A DNA stretch of 64,000 bases from Botryllus schlosseri (GCA_051294905.1 CM119373.1:35340001-35404000); one strand, 5' to 3'; counted from the first letter of the stretch, positions 24,576 to 37,311 are shown. The notes: generated from the sequence alone by a model not told the origin. Translations and numbers: made by a program.

Positions 24576-25007
24576 AAGGCTGGGCACAAGGATTTGAATA
24601 CTTGAATCTGAATCCAGTAATAATACGGGTGCAATCTAGTCGGGGTAGCAAGAGATGATGTTATTTCGAGTACTGAAATTCCACTATCCCTGCTATAATG
24701 TATTATTTTAGCAATGAATGTAAAGTTGATAGTAATTTCTAATGCTGAATGTTTGAAATCTCAATTATTTGTGTCACAGCAGCATACCAAACGTTTAACA
24801 TGTATTAGAAAGGTATAAATGCCTTCATGTGGTGTCTAATTAGTATTACGGTACTGAACCGTATATACTTTACGATAGCATGAGAGGTTCATATTTAAAC
24901 TTTCCACATCTTTCGTACTGCTGTAACGTCACAATGAATGAAGCTAGATTACTCGACTCAAACCCTAGTACTCGATTCACTCAAGTATTCGATTCTGGCT
25001 AGCCTTA
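24576..25007 (+). mobile_element. Ancient intronic hAT-type MITE (unit-resident copy)
   Basis: Near-identical to 8532-8963. Confidence 0.7.
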
Positions 25008-25292
25008 GTACGAAATCAAGATGATTCTAAAAATGTATTAATCCAGAACACGTTTAGTTTTATAAATTGGGTTTTTGAATGTCTATGCTCATGAATTTGT
25101 ACATGTTGATTTGGAGCATAGCTTTGGATTTCATGTTTATACTGCAAACCATCCAACTAGCCTTCTCTAAAAATCGGACCTCGTTTTTCTAATTCAAATT
25201 ATCGGTGCTCGATGTATCATTTCAATTGTATCACCCTTCTATTTTCAGATGATAGTGTCGAGGTGAAGCTTTTCATTTGACATGATTCAATA

Positions 25293-27185
25293 ATGGATAT
25301 TGTGAGCAGCTTGCCAGATGAAATGTGGTTGAAGATTCTCGAATACCTTCCATTGCATGACCGTTTTGAATGGGTCAAATTTACAAACAAAAGGTTTTTT
25401 CACCTTGCGGGAGACATATCTGCAGTCAAAGATCTCGATTTTCACGGATGTAGTTATCTTTCGAACGATCAGTTTTTGAAAATAATCAATCGTTCAAAGG
25501 ACAGTGTGAGGTTTTTGTCCGTCCGGGACTGCGCTTGGTTCTCGGCTCAAATCTGCACCACCATGCCGAGATTGAAAAATCTTGTTACACTGGATATATT
25601 GGGGTGTTTCTTGAGTAGTGAAACATTACACACTATACTTGGTGCCACATGCTCCCTAAAGAGATTGGCTCTATCCACTACGGAACTGGTCATGACAGAT
25701 TTTTGTCTCTTGCAGTCAAAACGCGGAATGTCACTTCGAGTCTTGCATGTGGAATTGCTTCACGATCCCGAAACTTTCTATAGTAGCGAAAGCGAAACCA
25801 TAACGGTGTTGAGTGATTTTATTAATACATGCTGTCATTCAAAACCGCACTGCGTTTCAGTCCAAACGTGGAAGTATTTATCTCGCAACGATTTTGAAAA
25901 TATTATGATTGCGGCAAGTCCTGCGATTGATCGAGACTCCATCCAAACAGTGACGAGGGAAGCTTGTGATGAAACTTATCTAAATCGGATACTGATTGCC
26001 GTTGCTTTACATAGGGATGTGAGTTCTCTGTCGGTTGGTTGCTTAGATGAATCGCGGGTACTCTGCCTTCCTATGCAGATGAGACATATGAATTTGCTCG
26101 CATCATGTTATTGTAAAGAAGAATACCTTCCTATTGCGCTACATGAGCTGGAGTATATTTTGTCGCGGGACGAAGATACTGATGATCCAGATTATGCTGA
26201 GGCACATTTGTTAAACTCCCGGACCCCAAAACTGAGACATCTAAACTTGGGCAGACGACCTACTTGTTATTATGGTGTCGCCGAAGCATTCCCTCGTATA
26301 TGCAAGAAATTACCAACTTTTACAAACCTTGTTGAGCTTAATGTGTGTGGACTGGATTTGCATGCTAACATGCTTCTATTAGCGATTATGGATATGAAAC
26401 ATTTGAAGGGTTTGTCTTTTTCGCTCCATCTTCCTGTACAATGTGAGCCGGATCCAGAGCAGGACGTAATTAATTTTACAGCTGAGACGAGAGACGCCGA
26501 TGAAAGTTGCAGATATTCGATATTTTTGTCGAAATTGGTGAAAAATTTCCCGGATTTGGAAAAGTTTGAAATGAAGTGTAGCATGGATGCCCGAAAATAC
26601 GTTGCTGTCAGTGATTTGGAACCGGTTGGGATGCTGGGCAAACTTTGTTATCTATCTCTACACAGATTTATTTTGGACGATGTAGATGGGCTTGCAAAGA
26701 TCCTATCCAAATGCACAAAGATATCATCATTGGACCTTGGTCACTTTGAGACTGATGTTGCCTGTGATTTTTCAGAGTGTTTTGCTTCGTTACGCCATCT
26801 TATTTATCTACGACTCGCCCATGATGACTTGGAAGGTGTATCGAAATTTAACGATTTGCACATGAGTAGCAATCTTCGAAGATTCACTTTTTATTCAGAG
26901 TGCGAATTGTCAGCAGCGTGGATCGGGTCGTTTCTGGGACCGGTCTTTGCAACCTGCGATCTGTTTTGTATGTGCCATATCGAATGTGAAAATGGGGATA
27001 CCGCGGTTGTGAAAAATGTCATTGCAACATACCGGGCTATTTTTGCATTGAAATACGGTAACAGGGTGATATTGTCATGTAGTGATAATCGTATCAGCCA
27101 ACATCCAGTGTGTCAAAGTTGGCAGGGACGCTCGTTCTCAACTGTTGCCACATGCAGCCCTTTTGACTTTGCAAAGACACCATGA
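25293..27185 (+). CDS. FBXL18: F-box/LRR-repeat protein, FBXL18-like, type C (intact, 630 aa)
   Basis: Uninterrupted ORF with full domain set. Confidence 0.85.
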   Translation: MDIVSSLPDEMWLKILEYLPLHDRFEWVKFTNKRFFHLAGDISAVKDLDFHGCSYLSNDQFLKIINRSKDSVRFLSVRDCAWFSAQICTTMPRLKNLVTLDILGCFLSSETLHTILGATCSLKRLALSTTELVMTDFCLLQSKRGMSLRVLHVELLHDPETFYSSESETITVLSDFINTCCHSKPHCVSVQTWKYLSRNDFENIMIAASPAIDRDSIQTVTREACDETYLNRILIAVALHRDVSSLSVGCLDESRVLCLPMQMRHMNLLASCYCKEEYLPIALHELEYILSRDEDTDDPDYAEAHLLNSRTPKLRHLNLGRRPTCYYGVAEAFPRICKKLPTFTNLVELNVCGLDLHANMLLLAIMDMKHLKGLSFSLHLPVQCEPDPEQDVINFTAETRDADESCRYSIFLSKLVKNFPDLEKFEMKCSMDARKYVAVSDLEPVGMLGKLCYLSLHRFILDDVDGLAKILSKCTKISSLDLGHFETDVACDFSECFASLRHLIYLRLAHDDLEGVSKFNDLHMSSNLRRFTFYSECELSAAWIGSFLGPVFATCDLFCMCHIECENGDTAVVKNVIATYRAIFALKYGNRVILSCSDNRISQHPVCQSWQGRSFSTVATCSPFDFAKTP

Positions 27186-28019
27186 CTGTGGATGGTCCCA
27201 TAAATTGACGTCATATTTCTGTTTAGAATTTTGTGTTTTCAGTTTTCATCTGAACTTTGAAATGAATATAAAACTGAATTCATTTACCGGTGCCTCTTTC
27301 AACTTATCCATGATGCTCAGGACCTCGGTCATGCGAGCTAACTTCCCACCATGTCAATTGTATGACATACTGTAGGTAGTTCGGAATTTAAGAAGGATCC
27401 AAAGTAAAGTAGGTTGTTCGATAGAAATATCTACACCCCTCCTGATATCACAAAACATGATACCATGTCATCCACGTTGTCGATTTGAATTGAATTCCTG
27501 ATGGTTGTGTTTACCTCCATGTCGTTATTTATTCCTGCATTAGTAGAAGATTTGAATTCTGTTGATCATAAGGTAATAATAATTGTATACAATATCAGCT
27601 ATTGCGTTTGTACATATTGCTGTCTTGAGGAAGGCTTCTGTAGCCTAAGCGTACATTTGACTTTCCGTTTTTTGTTTTACACACCTAAATGTCATTTCAG
27701 CTTTTATCTCGCACTATTGACATATTCAACACCGATTTTGTTATCAGATGAATATGGTATAATATATTGGCATTTTCACTACCATAGCTGCAAATAATTT
27801 ACTGCCATGCCATCATGTTGTATTTTTTCAGCACTGCTTTTGTTCCTCGATTAAATTTTTGGATTACACTTCTGGATTTAGTTCGTTTGTTGCCATTATT
27901 GTACATATGACTTGGCTTTGTTGCAATTCATACAAATGAACAGTTTTCAAGTTATCATCTGTATCGCCCTTCATTTTCAGATAATAGTTTTATAGTGTTA
28001 ACTTGTTACGACACTTTCA

Positions 28020-28302
28020 TCAGGCTGCAGCGTGCATCCAGTCATTTCTGGGACCTGTCGTTGCAACCTGCCATCTGTTATGTATGGGACCTATCGAATG
28101 TGAAAAGATTTTCGCGAATGTGAGAAAGGTCATGGCAAAATACCGGAATATTTGCAAAACGAAGTATCGTAGCAGTGTGGTGTTGTCGTGGAAGGTGCAA
28201 TGATTATCATCTCAGCCAATATCCAGTATGTCAATGTTGGCAATGAAGGTCATTTACAACTGTGGCCATATACTAACCTTTTGACTTCTAAATATGCCTC
28301 GG
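28020..28302 (+). pseudogene. C-terminal relic of F-box/LRR paralog
   Basis: Near-identical to 18-293. Confidence 0.8.
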
Positions 28303-28529
28303 GTACAGATAATTGTATAATTGTAATTGTATAATTTGGGTTTTTGAATGACTATGCCCAAGAATTATTGTATGTTGATTTGGATTATAGCTTTGGATTT
28401 CATGCTGGGACTGCACACCATCGACCTATCCTTCTCCTAAAATCTCCCTTTTCCCCCAATTCAAACAAGCGGTGCTCGATGTATCATTCGAATGGTATCC
28501 TATTCTATTTTCAGATGATAGTGTCAATA

Positions 28530-30175
28530 ATGGATGTTGTGAGTAGCTGGCCAGATGAAATGTGGTTGAAGATTCTCGAATACCTTCCACTTCATGACCG
28601 TTTTGAATGGGTCAAACTTACGAACAAAAGGTTATTTCACCTTGCTGGAGACATATCTGCAGTCCAAGATCTCGATTTTCTCGGATGTAGTTATGTATCG
28701 AACGATCAGTTTTTGAAAATAATCAATCGTTCGACGGACACTGTGAGATTTTTGTCCTTCCGGGACTACACATGGCTCTCGAATCAAATCTGCACCGCCA
28801 TGCCGAGATTGAAAAATCTTGATACGCTGGATATACTGGGGTGTTTCTTGAGTAGCGAAACGTTGCACAGTCTACTCCACGCTATGCGTTCCATAAAAAG
28901 ATTGGTTCTATCCACTACCGAACTGGTTATGAAAGATTTTTGTCTGCGGCAGTCAAAACACGTATTGTCACTTCTGGTCTTACATGTAGAATTGCTTCAC
29001 GATCCCGGAAAACTCGGCTGGTTTGAAACCAGAACGGTGTTGAAGAATTTTATTAAGACATGTTGTTATTCTAAACCACATTGCATTTCAGTCCAAACTC
29101 TCAAGTATTTGCCTTTAGATCGTTTTGAAGACATATTCATCGAGACAAATCTTGCTGTTCATAGAGACTCCACCCAGCGAGTGATGCGGGATGCTTGTGA
29201 TAAAGCTTACCATAATCAGATACTGATTGCAGAGACTTTACACAGATATGACAGTCCTCTGTCGGCCAGTTGCTTAGATGAAGCAAGGGTGCTCTTTCTT
29301 CCTATGCCGGGATGGAGGCATGGGAGTATGCACGCATCATGTTATTGTGAAGGAAAATACCTGCCTGTTGAACTACATGAACTGGAGTATCTTATTTGCT
29401 CGCGGGACGTATATGGTGATGGTACTTGTCCAGATACTGCTGAGGCAAATTTGCAAAATTGCAGTATTCCGAAACTGACACATCAGGACTTGGGCAGACG
29501 GTGTGTTTCTTATTTTGGTGACGCCGAGGCATTCCCGGGTGTATGCAAGAAATTACCATCTTTCACAAACCTCGTTGAGCTTAATGTGTGTGGGCTGGAT
29601 TTGAATGCTAACATGTTTCTATTAGCGATTATGGACATGAAACATTTGAAGGGTTTGTCTTATTCGCTCCATCTTCCTATTCAATCTGATCCGGATCCAG
29701 AACAAGACATAATGAATTTCACAACTAAGACAGGAGACACGGATGAAAGTTAACGGTATTCGATGTTTTTGTCGAAATTGGTGAAAAATTTCCCGGATTT
29801 GGAAAAGTTGGAAATAAGTTGTAGCATGGATGCCCAAAAATTCCCGATTTGCACATGAGTAGCAATCTACAAAGATTCACTCTGTATTCAAAGTCGACAT
29901 TGTCAGCAGCGTGGATCGAGTCATTTCTGCGACCGGTTGTTGCAACTTGCGAACATTTCTTTATGTGCCATATCGAATGTCAAAATGTGAACGTGGGTGT
30001 TAAAAAGATGATTGCAAAGTATCGAAGGCTTTGTGAATCAAAATATCGTAACAATGTGGTATTGTCATGCAGTAATAATCGTATCAGCCAACATCCAGTG
30101 TGTCAAAGTTGGCAGGGTAGGTCGTTTTCATCTGTGGCCACATACAGCCCGTTCGACTTTCTAAAGATGCCTTGA
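28530..30175 (+). pseudogene. F-box/LRR pseudogene, type A
   Basis: TAA at 29751-29753; internal deletion of about 250 bp at about 29840; C-terminus retained to 30175. Confidence 0.88.
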
Positions 30176-30594
30176 GCGCAAGTAAACCGGTTTGCCATCA
30201 TATTTCTGTTTTGATTTTCGTTCAACGTCATTGAACTGCCATTTTATTTGAATTGATGCTTTTAATTAGTTTTTGTTATCTCCTTCATTTTCTCGATAGT
30301 ACTCAGATGTTAGAACGGTCCGCAGATAGGCTAGCTACCCAGTATGTCAATTGTATGACATGGTTTGCAATTTTAGAATTTGCCTAAAAGAAGAGATGAA
30401 GAGTATTTGCATCCAAATTTTCACACCCACCCAAAATTCACTGAATATGATCCACTTGGAAGTTTTTGTCTAATCCATGATGGCTTTGTCAATTCCCTGT
30501 CATCAATATGTGATATTCCCGTATCGGCAGTGAATCAATTTGTGTTGAAGTTGAAGTTGATGTTTAAACAATGCGATAGTATTGACTTCTTTAC

Positions 30595-30920
30595 CGACAA
30601 GATGGCGTAATGGTTAAGCGTCCGGCTTCTTGAGCGGTAGGTCGTGGGTTCGATCCCCGGCCGGGTCACACCAAAGACCTTCTAACACTGGTATCCATGA
30701 CTTCCCGGCTTGGCGCTCATGCACTACTGGGATAGCATGGAGGGGTGGTGCATGAATTAGAAAGCCGTAAAGGCTATATCTGCACTTCCTTGTCCAGCGG
30801 CATATGCACATCATGCACTTATGGTATGCATATGCACAGATCGTGTGTATGTATATCATGAGTCGGTGTATATGCCGCAAAAAAACATCAAGGACAAAAA
30901 TAAACTACGTCCTTTCCTTC
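30595..30920 (+). mobile_element. tRNA-derived SINE
   Basis: Pol III box A TGGCGTAATGG (30603-30613), box B GGTTCGATCCC (30647-30657), body after the tRNA-like head, (CCTTT)-like tail, putative TSD ctttac (30589-30594, 30921-30926); absent from the homologous spacer of other units. Confidence 0.85.
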
Positions 30921-31029
30921 CTTTACATTCCATTTCGTACATGAACATTGTTACCAGTACGTTGATTTTTGCTCTTACTTGACCTGTGGTTTCTGTTTCT
31001 AACTGCGTATTTGAGATCTTCCCAGTTAT

Positions 31030-31474
31030 CACATGTATTTGGTAGGATTTTTCAGAGGGTTTTGCTTCATTACGCAATCTCGTTTATCTACGACTTGTCC
31101 ACAATGATTTGGAGTCTGTATCGATATTCAGCAATTTGCAAATGAGTAGAAATCTTCAAAGATTCACTCTTTATTCAAAGTCTACCTTGCCAGCGGCGTG
31201 GATCGAGTCATTTCTGGGACCGGTCGTTGCAACCTGCAATCTGTTCTGTATGTGCCATATCGCGTGTAAAAATGTGGATGCAGATGTTGAAAGGCTAATT
31301 GCAAAATACCGCAACATTTGTGAATCGAAATACCGTAACAAGGTGATACTGTCATGCAGTGATAATCGTATTACCCAACATCCAGTGTGCCAAAGTTGGC
31401 AGGGACGCTCGATCTCACAAGTTGCCACATACAGCCCTTTTGACATTGTAAAAAACCATGAGTGTAAATTTTAG
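31030..31474 (+). pseudogene. C-terminal fragment, type D
   Basis: Spacer fused to ...gatttttcagagggttttgc; translation matches the C-termini of 38248 and 58528. Confidence 0.85.
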
Positions 31475-31909
31475 ACGCGTAGCCAGCCAAAAAATAAGGA
31501 TGGTTGAATTTACTAATTTAGCATCAATTCATTAGCGTTCAGTACATGCGCAAATGGCGATTATACAATATCCTCGTGTTGACGAAGTATGATAGGCTTG
31601 CCAACGAGTCCGGCAGTGCTGTCAATTAGCGAGTCCCTGATCTATTATGAACAATAAAATATGTGTGCTTATCAGCATGTATTACATAGCTCAAGACAAA
31701 ATGACCAAGTTGATATGGAGTCTGTTCCATAATGGCCTTTCCGGTGGCTCGATCATTTATCATCTTTTATAGCTCAAGCTTGGACACACATGCTATTTTC
31801 AGTATTAGCTGAAATCAATGTTCCCACGCACATGTTTGCGGACACTCAATATCATCAAGTTTTGTGATGTCACTCTTTAATCACACCTAACTCCTGGGCT
31901 ACGCGCCTG
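31472..31909. mobile_element. hAT-like MITE just 3' of a type D CDS end
   Basis: Ends (t)AGACGCGTAGCCAG / CTGGGCTACGCGCCTG; TSD degenerate (gtaaattt / gtatatag); left-end remnants at about 39980 and 60273. Confidence 0.65.
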
Positions 31910-32374
31910 GTATATAGGCCCGTGACTTGACATCATATTTCTGTTTCTAACTTCATTTTTGTCAGTTGGCATTGAACTGCCATATTCTTTAAAATAAATA
32001 TGAAATTCATTTCATTCATTCATCTATCATTTCATCCATAATGCTAAGAACATCGGTCTTGCGAGCTAACTTCCCACCATGTCAATTTTATGACATAGTT
32101 CAAAAGTGAAGTAGGTAGTTTGATTGAAATAAGTACTTACACCCCTCATGATATCACCAAATAGGATCCGGTGTGAATAAATTTGTGAATTTTAGTGTAA
32201 TTCCGGACGTGTTACTTCAACGTCAATAATATGTTTATTATTATATTGGCTGTCAATATAATTGTGTTGATCCTTAACAATGTAGGCCTACGCAATATTA
32301 GCTATTGCGAATATTGCAGTCTCAGCATTTGAAGAGCTTCTCGTAGATACAGAACCCCAATATACAAATAAATA

Positions 32375-33079
32375 GTATATTCACATTGAAATCAACCTGA
32401 ATATTTCCGGCTGACGTTTGTCAGGGGTATTCGTCATCAACTAGTAGATCATTTGAAAGAACAAGTCAAGAGTCAAGTTGAATAATTTTCAATTCACCAC
32501 CGAGTCAAGTCCAAGTCAGCGAGCAGAGTCCGAGTCATGGTGTTTTGACTCGGGTACGAGTCCAAGTCATTGCGTTGACTGCTCAGCTTTCGGTTACATT
32601 CTTGTTTAACCGACTTTTTATGACACTTATCGGTGCTACCGAACTATTCGCATTTTCAATATACTAATTTCCTCACTTTTAACAGTTTTTGGACTTATTT
32701 TCAAATAACAGTACCAATAGACGACATACCAATGGTGCGCTTACTTTTCTATTCTTCGAAATTACAATAAAATGTCGGTCTTGGCCGCCTGATTCATACA
32801 CAATGACCCGAGTTCAAGTTGAGTCATTACACAGATTGACTTGAGTCATATCCGTATTCTAAGAAAATGACTCGAGTCGAGTCCAGTCATCAAAAAATTG
32901 CGACTCAATTCATTGCAACCCTGGTGCATATCAACAATGGTATCGCAAAAATGAAGTCACCGGCATTGAAATTTCGAATAATCGGGGTGATGTCCTTTCG
33001 AATTCTCAACTAGTTGATGACAGTCACCTCTGACGAGTGTCAGCCAAAAATATTCGAGTTGATTTCAGTATGAATATGG
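32375..33079. mobile_element. MITE with about 90-bp imperfect terminal inverted repeats and TA flanks, containing a truncated GAGTC-rich hAT-like MITE (about 32455-32923)
   Basis: 32375-32463 is the imperfect reverse complement of 32990-33079; TA at 32373-32374 and 33080-33081; inner element ends TCATTGCAACCCTG. Confidence 0.7.
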
Positions 33080-33804
33080 TATTCAAAAGAATAATAATTT
33101 TACACCATTATGCATACATTTCACATTTCGTATGTAGGTTTTTATGCATAAATATCATTGCAAGAGAGAATGGCCTATGTAGTGGTCTGGTTTTGGGTGA
33201 ACCACTTCAAATGTTATGAAGATCTTTTGACAAATGAAGCCCATATACTGGGGGTTAAGAAATGATCCATGTCCTCGTTATTGGTTTCACCGCATATAAG
33301 ATATTGAATTTATGTTTATCATCGTGCATGATTAATTTAATTTTCAATGCTTCCACTGTTCAGCAGTATCCATTTCCATATTTCATTTTATGCATCAGCA
33401 TCATGTTCATTCTCGCTGTTATTTTGACTTGCTCACTTCACTTTTGTCTCACACTGTTTACGTACCTTACACCGTGCCAGTTGTCACATGCATATGGTAT
33501 AATATATCAGCATTTTCTTTCAATAGCTGCCAAACAATCGCCGCTTTTGTTTCTCAATTCAATATTCTGATTACATTGCTGGATTAAGCGCGTAGCCTTT
33601 TTGTGCATATAATAACTGCTTATCACGTGCTCAATTGCATCAACCTGCTAAAAATCCGCCATTTGTTGTTATTTTCAAATAAAAAGTGTTAGATATATCA
33701 TCCCCATTTCATTTAAATTACGGTATATCACCCTTTTATTTTCAGATTATAGTTTCAGTTAAAACTTGGTAGCCTACTCCTTTTTCATTGGTGAAGATTT
33801 CATA

Positions 33805-35670
33805 ATGGATATTGTGGACAGCTTGCCCGATGAAATCTGGATGAAGATTCTCGGTTATCTACCAGTACATGATCGGCTTGAATGGGTTAAATTTACCAAC
33901 AGAAGATTTTTACAGCTTGCTGGAGATATTTCTGCCGTCCAAAATCTCGATTTTCGCGGATGCAGTTATGTATCGAACGATCAGTTTTCGAAAATAATCA
34001 ATCGTTCAAAAGACAGTGTGAGATTTTTATCTTTCCGGGACTGCGCTTGGCTCTCTAATCAAATCTGCACCGACATTCCAAGATTGAAAAATCTTGTTAC
34101 ACTGGATATATTGGGGTGTTTCTTGAACAGCGAAATATTACACAGTCTTCTTCGTGCCACTCGCTTCATAAAAAGATTGGGTATATCCACTTCAAAACTG
34201 GTCATGAAAGATTTTTGTCGGTTGCAGTCAAAACGCGGATTGTCACTGCGAGTTTTACATGTAGAATTGCTTCACGATCCCGAAAAAATCAGCAGTCGCC
34301 AAACCAGGATAGTGTTGAGGAATTTTATCAAGACATGCTGTCATTCTAAACCACATTGCATTACTGTCCAAACTGTGAAGTATTTACCTCTAGACGATTT
34401 TGAAGATATATTCATCGAGGCAAATCTTGCGGTTTACCGGGACTCTATCCAGATAGTGACGAGGGAAGCTTACGATCGAGCATACCAAAATCAGATACTG
34501 ATTGCAGTTGCTTTGCACCGAGAAGGCAGCTCTCTGTCGACAAGTTGTTTAGATAAATCCAGGGTACTCTGTCTTCCTATGCTGTTTAGACGTAAGAGTA
34601 CATATGTATCATGTTACTGTAAAGGACGTCCCCTCCCTAACACACTGCATGAACTGGAGTATCTTATTTGCTCGCGTGATCAATATTGGGGTGACCCTGA
34701 TTCAGCTGAGGATCTTTTGCTGAACCACAGTCTTCCGAATCTCACACATCTAGACTTGTGCCACCGGCTCTGTTCTTATTTTGATGTCTCCGATGGTATA
34801 TGCACGAGATTACCATTTTTCACAAACCTTGTTGAGCTGAATGTGTATGGGGTAAGCTTGGATGCCGACGTCCTTTTAAATTCGATTATGGGCATGAAAC
34901 ATTTGAATGGTTTGTCTTTTTCACTACATATTCCTTTGCAATGTGATCCAGATTCAGAACAGAATGTGACTGAGACAAAGGACACAAATGGAAGTTGCAG
35001 ATACTCTATGTTTTTGTCGAAATTGGTGACAAGTTTCCCAGGTTTAGTAAAGTTGGAACTGATATGCAGCGTAGATGCCAGAGAATGTGTTGCTGTCTGT
35101 GATCTAAATCCAATCGGGAAGCTGGCTAAACTTCGTTATCTATCTCTTCATAGATTTTCTTTGGACAATGTAGATCTGCTTGCAAAGATCCTATCCAACA
35201 ACAAGAATATATCATCATTGGATCTCGGTCACTTTGAGACAGATGCTGTCTGTGATTTTTCGAAGTGTTTTGCTTCGCTACGCAATCTCATTTATCTACG
35301 ACTTGCCCATGATGATTTGGAGTCTGTCTCAAAGTTCAAGGATTTGCACCTGAGTAGAAATCTTCAAAGATTCACTCTGTATTCGAAGTCCACCTTGTCA
35401 ACAGCGTATATCGAGTCATTTTTAGGAGCAGTTGTTGCAACCTGTGATCTGTTCTGCATGGGCCATATTCAATGTCAAAATGTGAATGATGATGTGAAAA
35501 AGATGATTGAAAAGTACCGTAATATTTGTGAATCGAAATATCGCAACAATGTGGTATTGTCATGCAGTGATGATCGTATCAGCCAACATCCAGTGTGTCA
35601 AAGTTGGCAAGGAAGGTCATTTTCATCTGTTGCCACATACAGCCCATTTGACTTTTTAAAGATGCCTTGA
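33805..35670 (+). CDS. FBXL18: F-box/LRR-repeat protein, FBXL18-like, type F (intact, 621 aa)
   Basis: Uninterrupted ORF from the conserved ATG GAT ATT GTG start. Confidence 0.85.
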   Translation: MDIVDSLPDEIWMKILGYLPVHDRLEWVKFTNRRFLQLAGDISAVQNLDFRGCSYVSNDQFSKIINRSKDSVRFLSFRDCAWLSNQICTDIPRLKNLVTLDILGCFLNSEILHSLLRATRFIKRLGISTSKLVMKDFCRLQSKRGLSLRVLHVELLHDPEKISSRQTRIVLRNFIKTCCHSKPHCITVQTVKYLPLDDFEDIFIEANLAVYRDSIQIVTREAYDRAYQNQILIAVALHREGSSLSTSCLDKSRVLCLPMLFRRKSTYVSCYCKGRPLPNTLHELEYLICSRDQYWGDPDSAEDLLLNHSLPNLTHLDLCHRLCSYFDVSDGICTRLPFFTNLVELNVYGVSLDADVLLNSIMGMKHLNGLSFSLHIPLQCDPDSEQNVTETKDTNGSCRYSMFLSKLVTSFPGLVKLELICSVDARECVAVCDLNPIGKLAKLRYLSLHRFSLDNVDLLAKILSNNKNISSLDLGHFETDAVCDFSKCFASLRNLIYLRLAHDDLESVSKFKDLHLSRNLQRFTLYSKSTLSTAYIESFLGAVVATCDLFCMGHIQCQNVNDDVKKMIEKYRNICESKYRNNVVLSCSDDRISQHPVCQSWQGRSFSSVATYSPFDFLKMP

Positions 35671-36796
35671 GTTCAGATCAACCATCCTATTCCTGTTTGA
35701 ATATTGCTCAACATTATTGATCCACCATTTTCTTTGAATTAATACTTTTCGGTGCATTTTGCTATTTCGTTCGTTTTATCGATAGTGATCAGAACCATTC
35801 TCATATGAGCTAGTTACCCGACATCTCAATTGTATGACATGGTTTGAAATTTGAGAAGAATCTAAATATGATGAGTAGTTGCATCCAATTTTCACACCCA
35901 TCCAAAGTCCACCGAATAGGTTCCACTTTGATCCGTTTGGTAATTTTTATTTAATTCATGATGGCCCTTGTCACTTCCATGTCAGTAATATGCTCAATAC
36001 CGCATTGGTAGTAAATAAATTTGTGTTGATGTTCACACTTTGTGATGATATTGATTTCCACATTGCGTTCCATACATGAACAATGAACATGGTTATGTTG
36101 ATTTATGCTGGTATTTGCGACTGTGGTTTCTTTTTCTTACTGCATATTTGACATCTGGCCTGTTTCACATGTATTTGGTATGATTTATCAATATTCCACT
36201 TGACCGTACCTTGCAGTATCATCGAAACTCTTATAGCAAATTGATATCCGCAAATCAAAATATTTGAAAACGGGGTCTTCAATTCGTGATCATTCCGAAA
36301 ATTAAAGACGCAAAATGGCAGTTTTTATGTATTGCTCAGACCGATTATTTACAGTATTAACTGTCATTCAATGCTCTGTAGAAAAATTTCCAGTCCAATT
36401 GCTGTGTAAGTGACTAATGCTAATTTAGTACCATATTGCCTCAGTGTGATTTCATCCTTTATCATGCCAAATGTGAAGCACAACATTTTCTTGATATAGT
36501 TGCCTGCAAATTACTGTCTTCGTTTTCCATTCTCTCTGAACTATCTGGAACCAGAATGATTGTGTTTTCATTTGTGCAGCAATGAACCCTGTTATCATTC
36601 ATTTGCTTATCCAGCCAAGCTATCTCACTACAGTATCAGGTTGCTGAATCATTGGTATGTACTTGAGTCGTGAGAACTTTCTACTTGAGAAATATATCCA
36701 ATGTTCTAAGTTTCAATTAAGGAAATATATCTCTGTACTGATAAGTTATTTTGTCATGGACCATTGTGCAATTGGTAGAAGTCATATAATGACAAC

Positions 36797-37311
36797 TAGG
36801 GCTGGGCAAAATCGAGTACCTGAGTGATTCGATTCTGAATCACGTAAAATGCTTCGAGTCGAGTCGAGTATTCGAGTATCACTCATTATGACGTCACAAC
36901 ATAATGAACTATGTCAAAGTTCAAATATGTACCTTTTATGCCACCACGAAGAACATAATGCCTGTTATCCGTCACATTAATGATACTTAGGTATGTTTTC
37001 GACCATACCGACTTCATTGCACTTCTTGACAATGTTGTGGAACGATCATGACTTCGGAAATGTGTTATTTCCAGTAATGTTAGTAGCTTTGTACTATGTC
37101 TATCATGCTACGACACGGCCAATCAAGGTTTCAAGGCTTCATCAGTGGAAAATATTATCAAAACTATAATTCTTGTTAGTTCATTAACTTTCAGTTGTGA
37201 GGAGCGTACAATTTCAGTACTCGAAAAAATCGTCTTTTACTACTCGACTCGAATCATTAAAATTAATACTCGATTCAGATTCGAGTACTCGAATCATTGT
37301 GCCCCGCCCTA
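36797..37311 (-). mobile_element. Young hAT MITE, 515 bp (same family as the unit-resident intronic MITE, opposite orientation)
   Basis: TIRs TAGGGCTGGGCAAAAT / ATTGTGCCCCGCCCTA; perfect 8-bp TSD atgacaac (36789-36796, 37312-37319). Confidence 0.92.

Noticed and set aside
30595-30670. Functional tRNA gene
   Set aside because: Acceptor and anticodon stems pair poorly; a SINE body, tail and TSD follow.
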